Source of the DNA: Octopus bimaculoides
Taxonomy: Eukaryota
Assembly: GCF_001194135.2 (NCBI RefSeq)
Contig: NC_068991.1
Location: 51,112,961-51,176,960, forward strand
Length of the DNA stretch: 64,000 nucleotides
Direction: 5' to 3'
The position numbers and the translations under genes were made by a program. Of the stretch, positions 1 to 13,355 are shown one piece after another. Numbering within the stretch: position 1 is the first letter of the stretch; each line of letters starts with the position of its first letter. The notes under the pieces are model-generated. The model was not told the origin of the DNA and searched no databases. It saw nothing but the letters and a program-made list of their open reading frames with translations.

Positions 1-462
1 CAGAAATAACTGACCAACCTTGTAATTTTTTTCCTGCTACTTTCTACAGATGACTCCTCTCCCTACCATCACTAACTGGGTTGTGCCATGGTCTGGATTT
101 TATCATACCACAAGCACTATCTTGACTAAATAGTAGTAAATAGTCTTTCCCCCTGTGTATAACTTTCTTAATATAAACTTTACTGCAGTCTTAGATGGGT
201 GCAAGCCAATAATGTGACTAACTTCAAGTAGTGTTGACAATCTGATTATTTCAGTTTTTGACATGATTTTACTGCTAAATACATTTTATGTCGCCTATCG
301 TTTGACTGTTGTGTGCACACACGTGTGTGTGTGTGCATGCATGCATGTGTGTGCATTTGTGTGCACGCATATGTGTGTGTGCTTGTGTGAGAGAATGTGT
401 GTGTGTGTTTGTGTACAAATAGGTGTGCATAGGATCAAGAGACAAGGGCAGTTGACACATGC

Positions 463-915
463 ATCACCTATGCTGACACTATGTAAAAAGCAGCTATGCT
501 GGTGTCACATAAAAAGAACCCATGATGTCTCCATGTAAAAAGCACTCCTGCTGGTGCCATACAAAAAATACCCATGGTGGCACAAACATAATAAGCACAT
601 ATGCTGGTGCCATATAAAATGCACCTGTACTGGTGCCACACAAAAAGTACCCATGTAGTGCCACTTAAAAAGCACCTGTGCTGGTGTTATATAAAAAAAA
701 GCACCTGTCCTGGCGCCATGTAAAAAGCTCTTGTGCTGGTGTGACATAAAAAGCACCAAGTACACTCTGTAAAATGGTTGACATTAAGAAAGGCATCCAG
801 CTGTAGAAACCAAGTCAAAACAGACAACCAGAGCCTGGTGCTGCTCTCTGGCTGACCAGCTCCTGTCAAACTGACCAACTCATGCCAGTATGGAAAAAGG
901 ACATGATGATGATGA
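463..915 (+). mobile_element. RTE 3' UTR/tail copy with an expanded ~26-nt tandem array
   Basis: About 11 degenerate units of cacctgtgctggtgccacataaaaag run directly into ggcatccagctgtagaaac...ggaaaaaggacatgatgatgatga. Confidence 0.75.
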
Positions 916-1338
916 CAACAACATCTATCTTTCTAAAACATACACTGGCTGTTGTATGTCAATGATTCTTTCTTTTAATTTCATTTTCTTTATGTTTCAT
1001 TTCTTATCCCTTCTTGTATGAATATCCCCCAATGGTCCCTTTTCTGATGGCATCTTTTACAGATTTTATCTGGCAGTTTCTTTATCTGACATTTTTGTCT
1101 TCTGACAAAATGATAATTATTTCCTCTCAAAACAATTGTAAAGTATGAAATGGGAATAAATATTCCCCTCCCGCATTATGTAAAATGAATCTGTACTCAA
1201 CAGATATGGCACCATGGTCTTTGGATTATGTGCAGGTAGAATGAACTGCGTTCTTTATAGCAGTTCTTGTACATGTTTTTAGATACTTTCATACTCTATT
1301 TACCTATATATGTACATATATGCATATGAATACATATG

Positions 1339-1436
<98 letters not shown>

Positions 1437-1767
1437 GTATATGTGGCGTTTTGGGCGAGTGTCTTCTACTATGGCCTTGGGCTGAACAAAGCCTTGTGAG
1501 AGGATTTGGTAGAATGAAACTGAAAGAAGCCCATCGTTTATATATATGTGTATGTAGGTATATATTTATGTGTGTGCGTGTCTTTGTTCCCCCACCATCA
1601 CTTGACAACCATTGTTGGTTTGTTTACTTTCCTGTAACTTAGTGGCTCAGCAAAAGAGACTAAAACCCTTTAAGGCAGTGGTCCAGCATGGCCACACTCA
1701 AATAGCTGAAACAAAAGAATAAAAGAAAATATGTATAATATATATATGTACATATGTATATATGTAC

Positions 1768-1817
<50 letters not shown>

Positions 1818-1934
1818 TCATACATATACATGCTAATATCAAATACTGAAAATTAGTGCTAAGAGGTAACTCCTTATGTAACTCCATTAGTAGCCTCTTT
1901 AACCCACAAATAATGTGTGTATGTGTATATATAT

Positions 1935-2151
1935 ACTCTTTTACTCTTTTACTTGTTCCAGTCATTTGACTGTGACCATGCTGGAACACTGCCTTTAGGC
2001 GACCAAATTGATCCCAGGACTTATTCTTTGTAAGCCTAGTACTTATTCTATTAGACTCTTTTGCCAAACCGCTAAATTATGGAGACGTAAACACACCAGC
2101 ATCAGTTGTCAAGCGATGTTGGGGGGACAAACATAGACACACAAACATATC

Positions 2152-2187
<36 letters not shown>

Positions 2188-2285
2188 CATACATACGATG
2201 GGCTTCTTTCAGTTTCATTCTACCAAATCCACTCACAAGGCTTTGGTCGGCCCAAGGCCATAGTAGAAGACACTTGCCCAAAATG
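1935..2285 (-). mobile_element. SINE family A copy, inverted relative to the 1441-1730 copy
   Basis: Same diagnostic blocks: ttattctttgtaagcctagtacttattctat and ggcttctttcagtttc..ctaccaaatccactcacaaggc. Confidence 0.85.
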
Positions 2286-2462
2286 ATACACACATATACA
2301 TATATGTATATATATACGCACACACACACGTGTGTGTGTGCACGCNNNNNNNNNNNNNNNNNNNNNNNNNNNNNNNNNNNNNNNNNNNNNNNNNNNNNNN
2401 NNNNNNNNNNNNNNNNNNNNNNNNNNNNNNNNNNNNNNNNNNNNNNNNNNNNNNNNNNNNNN

Positions 2463-2498
<36 letters not shown>

Positions 2499-4122
2499 TC
2501 ATCTACATACATGCATGCATGCATTCATATATACATTGATTGATTGATTCATTCATTCATTCATTCATACATAGATACATACCCAACGTATGCCAGCATA
2601 GAATATGGACGTTAAACCATGATGATATATGTATCTGTACACACACACACACACACACACAAGCACACACACATACACACACACACACATGCACACACAC
2701 ACACACACACACACACATTCACTCACTCACTCACTCATATAATTAGCATTATTTTACATCTGCATTTCATGCTGTTATGCAATTGGTGCACTGTAAGAAT
2801 GCAAGTCAGATCTTAGTGGAGGCCACTTTCATCAGATAATGTACACAGGATGAAGTCCTATTTGTATATTTTATTATTGGCTTAGTTTTTAATCTACTAG
2901 ATGTTCTGGTATCACCAACCCCTTGACAGAGTATTTCGGCAGCATTTTATCATGTTGTTGGCACCAGAGGTGGTCATTTTCTTAATAAGACAAGACTCAA
3001 GAGATGTCTCCACCATGCTCTTTCGCCATTCCACCATGTTCTTTCACAGATCAGATTCTGGTGTATTTTATCATGAGTACCAGCTTTTGTGGGTTTGTCT
3101 TGTCTAGCATAACCACTTCAGTATGAACTCAGTTATCTACTTCAGTGTGTGTGTATGTGTGTGTAGGTGTAAGTATGGCTGTGTAGCTAAGAAGTTCATT
3201 TTGTAATCATGTGGTTTGGAGTTCAATCCTACTGTGTGGAATCTTGAACAGCTCCTCTATCTGTGAGCTGACTGTATTTGTCAGTGAATAAGGCAGCAAG
3301 CTGGTAGAGTTATTAATATGCCACACAAGATGTTTAGCAGCATTCCATCTGTCTACATGTTCTGAGTTCAAATTCCACTGAGGTCGACTTTACCTTTGAT
3401 CCTTTTGGGGGATCATGAAATAAGTACCGGTTGAGCACTGGGTTCAATGTAATCGACTTACCCACTACACTGAAAATTGCTAACCTTGTGTCAAAACTTT
3501 TGGAAACTAATCTTTTGACAGTGAGTTTGGTAGAAGGAAATTTCAACAAACCCATTGCCTCTGTGTATGTGTGTTCGTGTGTGTGTGTGTGTGTGTGTGT
3601 GATTGAATCTTCTCTCTGTCTTGATATCTGTAAACAAAATCACTATTTATATAAACTGCATTGTTTCTTAGCAACCTTTCATGACAACATATCTGGCCCT
3701 TGGGTTATTTGATATCTGAAGGACAAGAGGAAATTTTACTTTGTTTGGTTGATGACAGGAAGAACATCTCACCAAAGAAAACTACTGCAACAAATTTCAT
3801 GTGACCCAAACAAGCATAAAAACGTGGATGTTACAATGATGGATGACAATAACATCTGCTCATTATAAATTTGAAAACCTCTTGTTGTTCTAGTTACTAA
3901 TCTACAATTTAATTAGTCAATTAAAGACTTAAATTTCCAGCAATTAATATTTAAGAACATTATACTGCATTTTGACCTTTATTGATTTTATAATCCATCT
4001 AATTGTCTGGCTAACCATTAATTTCTCTCTGTGATATCTGCTCACCTCTAATGTCACTGTCTATTTGGTTCACTTTTCTTTATGGAGGTAACTTTGTTTG
4101 TCTTGTAGACACTCTTAACATT

Positions 4123-4380
4123 GAAAGGTAATATTTGTCCCTACTTAAACATGGGTGTTCTGGTAGAACACACTATACTGTGGTAGATACCATGAGAGAA
4201 ACTCTCATAATGGCTTGTGGTGCAAAACGCACTCTTGTTTATATCGTTAGCGGAGGAGTAAATCCCTGTCATCTCCAGCATCAAGATCACCAAAAGCCAA
4301 TATGAGAGTTTCTCTCGTGATACATATAGTTTGTTCTAACAGAACATCCATATTTAAGTGGGGATAATATATTACCTCTC
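4123..4380. repeat. Long inverted repeat (about 95-bp arms), probable MITE
   Basis: gaaaggtaatatttgtccctacttaaacatgggtgttctggtagaac...gagagaaactctcataatggctt is mirrored by aagccaatatgagagtttctctc...gttctaacagaacatccatatttaagtggggataatatattacctctc. Confidence 0.85.
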
Positions 4381-4684
4381 AGTATTAATACTGTCTCTGT
4401 CACTAATATACAGTAAAAATCTCGATATATGAGTTAATTTGTTACCGGAGATTGCTCGTAAAGTGAAAACTCATAAAGTAGAGCAATAATTTAACACAGT
4501 AGCAATGAAATTTTTATGCCGTCATTTTACTCTGTTGCTGTGTAAACGCATCAGAACCATTGTTGCCACATGTTGCAATGTTGCCACACATACAAAATGG
4601 CTGTTTAAACTTTTTAAAATTTATTATAAAATAAAGCTCATAAAATTGGGGTCCCGTAAAGTTGGTCCTCATAAAGTAAGGTAT

Positions 4685-4920
4685 TCATCATCATCATCAT
4701 CATCGTTTAACATCCGCTTTCCATGCTAGAATGGGTTGGACGATTTGACTGAGGACTAGTGAACCGAATGGCTACACCAGGCTCCAATCTGATCTGGCAG
4801 AGTTTCTACAGCTGGATACTCTTCCTAATGTCAACCACTCCAAGAGAGTAGTGGGTGCTTTTACGTGCCACTGGCATGAGGGCCAATCACACAGTACTGG
4901 CAACGGCCATGCTCACGTAT
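4685..4920 (-). mobile_element. RTE-tail copy
   Basis: catcatcatcgtttaacatccgctttccatgctagaatgggttggacg... is the reverse complement of the 60850-61040 tail. Confidence 0.85.
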
Positions 4921-5324
4921 TATTAGATGTAATTTTAATCTTGATATTTTCTTTTCATATTATATACACGAGGACTTACCAACGTCATTTTCTTTCTGTA
5001 AAATCTTCTCATGATCATAAGGGGGGTGAGTTTGATTCTTAGAAGAAATTTGTGTCCTTGAGCAAGACACTTTATTTCATGTTGCTCCAGTCTATTCAGC
5101 TGGCAAAAATGAGTTGTACCTGTATTTCAAAGCCTTGTCACATTCTGGCATAGGAAAGCGGAGGTAAAATACTGATGTGCATGATAATGCATGCATTTAT
5201 GTATGTACATAAACACGTGATTATAGACACATATATGTAAAATAAGACTGGCCTTTTGTATTAATAGATATAAATTTGTAAATGATATTTTGAATAACAT
5301 AAAAAGAAACAATAAAATAGCATT

Positions 5325-5355
<31 letters not shown>

Positions 5356-5814
5356 CTTATATAATAAAAGTGAAATGCTATTTCAAATGCTGTTCATGAA
5401 AAAAATGTACAATGTACCTATTTAGGATTGAAAGAAAATTTTTCAAAGCATATGCACAAAGTGAAAAATGTGCATGTTAGGCCACAAGTAAAAGTATTAG
5501 AAATGAATTTGGATATGAAGAAATCAATATAACAAAACAGATCTTATGGAAATCTTTGTTACACAGGTATTGTGGTAGGAGAATGAAGCAGCAAGATAAG
5601 GATGGCAGTAGAAGGGATTAAATATGAACTGATTCAATGCCATCTCTCTTTACATTGGCAGCATGGTAGAGTGAATAGGGGAGAGACTGAGGAAGATGAG
5701 AACGTATTGAAAAACAGGTGGGTGAAACAGATAAAGAATTAACAGAAACAATGGATGAGAGATCCAAATTGCAGATATATTAAACATCTCAGGTCTCAGT
5801 CACTTTCCTCTCTA

Positions 5815-6480
5815 GTACCATGTGTCACTTATCATTGCATTTTGTTATTTCCTTGGTAAAGTCCACCATCTTGAAACCAGTATTCACTTTGTCTCATGTC
5901 TTCTTAAGTCTCCTTCTATAGCAGGCTCCATTCACTTTCCACTTTATATGTCTGTTATCCTCCATATCAGTGCAGGCTTCGCTTTTGCACACTACATCTC
6001 ATACCTCTTATATCCATTTATTCTCTCAACTCATTTGTACTTCATTGTTCCTATACAGTAACATTACCATCTAATAAAGTATCTGCCCTTTGTTCCTTTC
6101 TAGTCTTTGCAAATCCTTATATAAGTCCACAGTTTGCTACCATGCAGCACTGAAGTTCATACATAAACATCATACACTCTTCCCCCTTGCTTTCTGAAAG
6201 AAATCCCTTGTTGCTAGCAGAAGTAAAAATTCCTTGAACTTTTCTCCACCTCACTGTTATTCTGGTTAGTATCCTTTCCACATACCCTACTCCATTGCTA
6301 AATGGGTCACTTAGATAAGCAAGAGTTTGAAGGATTGTATTTTTCATGCATTCTTATTCTGAACTTCTCCTGTGCATCTCCCACGAAGTTAGCTTTGTTT
6401 GAAACCTGATTGATCCCTCTACAGTTGTTGTACATCCAAAGTTTACTGCAAGTACACTACACGAAATTCCTATCTACTCC
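5815..6480 (-). mobile_element. Older RTE LINE ORF2 fragment
   Basis: The reverse complement aligns by eye to the 60086 copy (gagttgagagaataaatggatataaagaggtatgagatgtagtgtgcaa) and reads ...YLSD..SNG..RITVRWRKV... with many stops. Confidence 0.7.
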
Positions 6481-6519
6481 TCAATTATTATTACTAGCTT
6501 CATGCTAGTACTGCCTCAT

Positions 6520-6730
6520 ATATATATACATACATGCACACATGCACATATATATACACACACATACATACATACATACATACATACATACATACATACA
6601 TACATACATACATGCATACATACATACATACATGCACGCATGCACACACGTATACACATACATACATACATGCATACATACATACATACATACATACATA
6701 CATACATACATACATACACATATGCATACA
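6520..6730. repeat. (TACA)n microsatellite
   Basis: Direct reading of the sequence. Confidence 0.95.
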
Positions 6731-7406
6731 TATAGTAAAAGAAGGACTCAGATAGAATCAGTTACTTGAAAAGTTATGTACCAGGTAGGGTTGGATAATC
6801 TTTGCGGCTCCAGCCTATGGTTAGTGAGTGTCAAATAGGGTATTTCAGTTGTGTACACAGAGAAAACCAACCCTATGAGCATTTAGCACCTAGGGGCTGG
6901 CCCTCAACGTACTATTACTTTGAATAGTACTTATTGGTATACTCTGGTGTCCGATAAGTCTAATTGGCATTTATTCTTTCATAATAAAATATCACCTACA
7001 CCCCACTTCAGTCTACCTATGAACTAGTCTAGCAGACTCCTTTCTCACTGGGGTTGCTGACCTCAGATATCATATTACACACTTTCAAGAACTATATTCT
7101 TAACCTTAACAGCCAACTTAGCTGATCATTCTCCCATTTCATAGTTGGCTTGGACAGATTTCAGCCACATCCCTGCTATATTCTTGGGATATTCTTTTGT
7201 TTGTAAAATTATTTCTCATCTGATGATTACAGTCTATTGTAATGGAGTAATGTTCTCATTCTTCTATTAAAAAGCTATATAAGAAACAGCTGTAAAGAGC
7301 TGACGATTATCTAGTGTATGTTATTATTCATTTGGTAATAATAATAATAATAATAATATCTATCTATCTATCTATCATCTCTCTCTCTCTATATATATAT
7401 ATATAC

Positions 7407-7457
<51 letters not shown>

Positions 7458-9550
7458 CTAACAATGGTGCCTGATAGTGCCTGGGTATTGTATCAAAGAG
7501 GTTTATTCATTGCACCATGTTTTGTTGGCTCATATAAATATAGATATACATAGAAGATGGTTGTTCATAGTTCTAGAAGGATATAGTGGGGCCCATACAA
7601 GCATATACACATAGATAAGTCAATTCGGTGTTGTTTGGATTTGTTGGCCCTCCTGCTTTGTCTACTCTTCATTCTTCCTATCACTTCCTTAGCTTGTTCC
7701 TCAGTTCTCTCTTCTGTCATTCTTACAACTGGATTACTTTCTTCATTGCCAGCTCATTTATTCTTTACATTCAACCACCTATGTAGCTCTTCTACTATCT
7801 CTTAATTCTATCTCAGTCCACAACGTTTTGTCCCATTTTATTCTTCAAGCAGTTCACCCCTCTCACAATGCGTCTTTCTTTTCTTAACTGCTTTACAATC
7901 TTCAGCCCTTCTCTCTGGTTCTTTGAATCCATATGTTTTCCAAATATTTTTCTATGTCTTTGCAGCCTTCTTCACTGACTTGTGACTCTCAGGTACTTCC
8001 TCTTCTCTTTTCACGTGTTTCACTTGCTGCCTTTCTCTAAACCTCTTCCTCTTTTCATTAATCCTATTTCTAAATTGATCCAAGTGTTTTTGTGACCTTC
8101 TTCTCCATTCACACACATCACTAGCAGCTCCCAACAAACCGTCACCATTGCCATTATCATATATAATGCTTTGTCAACAGAAGTTTCTGAAGCACTCCAT
8201 GTGTTGTTAGTAGAAGGGATTTGGCCACAAATTGAATTTTGAAAATTTTTTCCACAACCAGACACTCAAAGTTTCAATGCACTGAAACCAGTAAATTTTT
8301 GAAATAAATAAATAAATAAATCTGAAGAATTGCATGCTTTACATCTTATGGGGTATTTACTGACTTACTTTGGTCATTTAAGACAGACAAGTTATATTTT
8401 AAAATTCTTTGTTATTGTTGATCCCACTTATAAATATTCCACTCACTTTTACCAATAAGTTAGCAAGATAAGTGTGTATTAACAGACCTCTCTTCAACCT
8501 ATAATCTAGCTTTCACTCCTCTGCCATGAACTTTTACAAAATCACAATACAACTCAATTCCAATGAAATATGGAAGTAGATGAAGCTACTTTCATTTGAA
8601 CTTTCTGGCATATTTTCCCATTCTTTCCATTCTTATCATTGGTATCTCATTTGCTTTGAGTGGCCATAAGAACTTCTGCAAAAACCATGTTGCTTAAAGC
8701 ATGTTTTTAATTTTTTTGGCAGTTGCCATTGTCAGTTGGATTTTCTCTCATATTAGCCTTAAAACTAAAAATCCCTTTTAGTATCATTTAAGGGCACCGT
8801 ATAGATATACCAAAGGCTATTAAACTGCTCCCTAATCATTGTTATCTGCCACTCTCCTATTTCAAATGGAATTCCTCAACCTGCACTGTGGAGTCTTCAT
8901 TGCTGAAATAGCACATCCATTGAGGTTAGAAGAAGCAGGGCTTCTGATCTTGTTTCCACTTTATTGGTTGCAGTAGAAGCCATACTAGACGTCTTTCTTC
9001 CATACTTCATTGTTCTATGTGAGATGCTTCCTGCACCTTTCAATATCGACACAAAGGTCACCATGAACCGGAGTGGTGAAAATTTTACACCTTAGATTTA
9101 GGCATATCAACTCCTGGCTGTTCAGTTTGTTGTGAATTAATTTCATAGTAAAATGACACGAATATGTAATCTTGTTACTGCACGAGTAATTCTTTCATAT
9201 ACACTAGAAAAACAGAAAAAACTGTTGTCTGATACACATGGGGACGAGGTCCATATGTATTTGGCAAATGAAGCCAAACAAGCTGAAACACATTCCTTCC
9301 CTTGTCGTTAAAGTTGAATTGAATGATGCTCTAAATCATTTGGACATTGCCAAGGAAGCCCTAATAATCACAAAACTGATATATCTAAGAGTCCATCCAG
9401 AGCTAAAAACCATGATATCTGTCTTCCAAGCATTCTATAAAATACCTTACTACTACATTTAATAGTGATAAGTTCAGAACTGGTTCACTGAAGATGTCAT
9501 TTACTTAAATACCTGCAACTCCTCTGCTAAGCACCAGTCCTACATTGATA

Positions 9551-10130
9551 CCTTTATCTCTAAATGTTAAATCTAATATTGCTAAGAATTGCCTAATCTT
9601 AATTGATAAACATTTTCCTAATAACCACAGATACAGTAACATTATTTAATAGAAACAGTCTTGAACTCAGTTACAGTTACATTCATATATGAAAAAGTGA
9701 TTAACATAAACTAGATTTACTGAGTTTAACTGCACAAGCAGAAACGCTACAACATTCACTGTTAATCAAATGTGTCATGCTAACACAGTCATATATGAAG
9801 TGGAAGTTACCTCTACCAGGCTAAATTGGGGTATTGTATGGAAACACTACTTATGTTTTTTGAAAACTAAACTTAAAGAATGGTATTTTGATCATATTTT
9901 TCCCTTCATACATATAGAGAGGAATATAACACTACTGTCCAGTTGTGTCTTCAAATTTCAAAGAATATTCTACTCATTTCAAGTTGAAGTGAAAGATCCT
10001 TTAGACTAGTAGATCATATTAAGAACAGAATATATTCAACTGATAAAAACCTTATTCTTAAAACAAAGGATTTTTTTCATAATTCTTCTATCTAATAGCT
10101 AAGTCGGAGATATTTACTAAATGTCACCAA
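9551..10130 (+). mobile_element. Decayed Penelope-like element, linker plus GIY-YIG endonuclease region
   Basis: PLSLNVKSNIAKNCLILIDKHFPNNH / LFNRNSLELSYS / CHANTVIYEVEVTS..KHYLCFLKTKLKEWYFDH..NITLLSS / AKSEIFTKCH. These follow, in order, the PLE motifs I recall (NVKTNIG..LIDKHFP, FNRN..K.SYSC, VIY.A.V..YIG..FK.R..NH, KRSE..KC.H). Confidence 0.65.
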
Positions 10131-10199
10131 TTCAATGGGTATTAACTGAGAAACTGGAATTTAATGCTATTGCCAAAATGAATGTATCTTCACTTAACA

Positions 10200-10600
10200 T
10201 TCAGTTACTCTTCATAGATGGGAAATGATACTCTGAAATCAAAGCAACCAAGAGAAGAGCAGTGTAGAAAAAGTTCAGTAAGTTATTAGAAAAGGATTCT
10301 TTCTGCAAGTGATGAGTAGATCGTATGATGGTTGTGTATGAAGTGCAATATTGCAGGAATGTAGGCATGCAAAAGATAAATAAGTTAAGGCTGGAGAGAA
10401 AAGAATCAAGCTTACTCCATAAGATATGTAATATTACCATGCATATATAATGTGCTACAGACAAGCTGAGAGAAAAACTGGATGAGAGGAATTTGTTGTA
10501 ATGTGCAAGAGAGATGAATGAAATGATATAAATATGTAATGAATATAAATATTGAGAGCTTGATGAAGAGGAAAACTACAGAAATCATGTCTAATCCACC
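10200..10600 (+). mobile_element. Heavily decayed RTE LINE fragment
   Basis: ctggagagaaaagaatcaagc...gctgagagaaaaactggat...tgtaatgtgcaagagaga matches the RTE segment of the other two copies. Confidence 0.55.
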
Positions 10601-10833
10601 AGGTAAGCACAGAAGAAAAGATATAAAACTGTTATAAGTACATGTGTGTGTGTACATATTTACACACACACACATACACGTGTATGTGTATGTGTGTGTG
10701 TGTATTGCTGTCAAGAATTCTACAAGTATGCTTTACACTTAAATAAGGTGATGAATTACAACAGTCAGTCATTGAATTGCTGGCACTGAAACTCAGAATC
10801 CTGAAATTAAGTGTTACATAATATATTATAGGT

Positions 10834-11042
10834 ATATCAACTTAATACACAACCGAAAGAGCTACTAATAGTTTTATGACTTTATGACTTTATGATACTT
10901 TAATTAAGCATATTTATAAAAAAATACGCTATGTGCCTCCAAGCTTGGAGATACATAGCGTAATTTATAAAAATGCCTAATTAAAGTATCATGAAAGCAT
11001 GAAACTATTAGCAGCTCTTTTGGTTGCATATTAAATTGATAT
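10834..11042. repeat. Loopless ~210-bp palindrome centred on ctccAAGCTTggag
   Basis: Arms are complementary throughout by eye. The left arm carries an extra tgacttta duplication. Confidence 0.9.
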
Positions 11043-11091
11043 TTATCTCTCACTGGATGGGGAACACTTTGTTGATTTTACCTATATTGAA

Positions 11092-11124
<33 letters not shown>

Positions 11125-11194
11125 CTCTCTCTCTCTCTTTCTCTCTCTATCTATCTATCTGTCTGTCTGTCTGTCTGCACACACACACACACGC

Positions 11195-11241
<47 letters not shown>

Positions 11242-11331
11242 AGTGTTCATACATATATACATGTATGTTTGTATATACATATATATGTGTATACACACAT
11301 ACACACACACGTACAAACACACACCCATGTA

Positions 11332-11384
<53 letters not shown>

Positions 11385-12717
11385 CTGACCTCTCAGTTTC
11401 CATGCACAAAATGCACTCGTGAGTGTTTTGTCAGCTTGGAGCAATAGGACTATAGCAGAGGACATTTTCCCAAAATGTCGTGCACTGGGACTAAACCAAA
11501 ATCCATGTGCTTCAGAAGTTAACTTCTTAACCACACAGCTATGCTTCTGTGTGTGTTTGTGGGAGATCTTGATAGATATATGTATACATGTGTGTGTGTG
11601 TGTATATATTTATACTTATTTTTCTGTATGTAATTATTTATTCATGTGAAAATATAACTTAGCTTATATCAGAAGAAAGGGAAGTATTAACAACTACTAC
11701 AGTTGGAAAATTTTCTTCTGTTTCTCTGTCAGCCCAGATTGTGGGACATAGACATATTTAAACATCATTTAAATAAGACTAGTCTCAGCTTAACTATACT
11801 ATTACACACTCTGACTAGGCTGGTTACTTTGTCTGCTCATTTTGTCTGCCAAAAGAATATGCTTACACCACCCACGCTATCACTGCTGGCTACTCAAAAG
11901 AATTTGTAGCTTTGTTCCTTGTTTGTTAGAAGTCTAGTAGAGACTCTCATTCATCTTACCTCTTGCACACATACATACCTCTGCTCTAGCATTTCAACAT
12001 TCTCACCAGACCCACCTCTCATAGAGCTGTTATGTTTGACCCCAATGCTTAACCCGTTATTTGTTTCTTCGACCCCAAAAGGATGAAAGTCAAAGTCAAC
12101 ATTGGCAGAATTCTAATTCAGAATGTAAAGATAGACAAAATGCTACTAAGCATTTTGTCTTACATCCTAACAATTCTGCAGATTTGCCACCTTATTATTA
12201 GTATTATTACTATTAAGGTGGTAAGCTGGCAGAATCGTTAGCACTCTGGCTGAAATGTGTAGTGTCAAGGTCCAGTTTGCCTTTCATCCTTTCGGGGTCA
12301 ATAAAATAAGTACCAGTTGAGCACCAAGGTCATTGTAATTGACTTATCCCCTCACCCGATATTGTTGGCCTTGTGCCAAAATTTGAAATCACTATTATTA
12401 CACATACACACACATTCTTTGCTTTGTTCTGTACTGTTCATAATGGTTTTCTAAATGTAGACCTTTTCTTAATAAAAAAAATCAATAATTGAATAATAAT
12501 TATTATACTATTTCTACTCTAGGCACAAGGCTTTGAAAATTTGGGGGGGGGGGAAGTCGATTACATTGATCCCAGTATGTAACTGGTACTTATTTCATTG
12601 ACCCTGAAAGGATGAAAGGCAAAGTTGACCTCGGTGGAATTTGAACTAAGAACATAAATGCTGCTAAGCATTTTTCCAAGCATGTTAACAGTTCTGTCAG
12701 CTCACTGCCTTTTAAGC

Positions 12718-12816
<99 letters not shown>

Positions 12817-13355
12817 CCTTTGTAAAATAAGCACAAAGCCTGAAATTTGTGAGGAGTGGGTAAGTTGATCACATGGACCCCAGTACTTGACTGGTTCTTA
12901 ATCTATTGACCCCTGAAAGGATGAAAGGCACAGTCAACCTCTGTGGAATTTGAATTCAGAATGTAGTGACAAGATGAAATACCACTAGGCTTTTCACCCA
13001 GCATGCTAACAATTCTGCCAGCTCACTGCCTTAAAGTAATAATAATAATAATAATAATAATGATAATAAGAATAATCACATTTTTAATGAATATGTATGT
13101 CATTTGCCATTTGCTATTTGGTGTGAGAGGGAGACAGAAAATGTAAAACAAATGAGAATCAAATGAATCACATAGTATGGAACAAAAAGCTCAGGACTTA
13201 ACTGAATTCCATGTGTCTTCATAAATATATATATATCATAAAATATAATTGCCAACTAAATGTGGTGCTCAGCTATTTAGTATTGCTTATATATACATAT
13301 ATATATATATAACTTACTGTTAACAAAAGTTGGGATGCATGGCGTTTAGTTACTC

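Noticed and set aside
463-770. CRISPR-like appearance of the 26-nt array (also 32643-32824)
   Set aside because: Degenerate tandem units without unique spacers, eukaryotic context and no cas genes.
1204-1235. 32-nt candidate exon ending ...LDYVQ in phase 0, which would complete the IQ motif
   Set aside because: Weak acceptor and donor, an un-IQ-like peptide and 30 kb distance; chance is as likely without RNA data.
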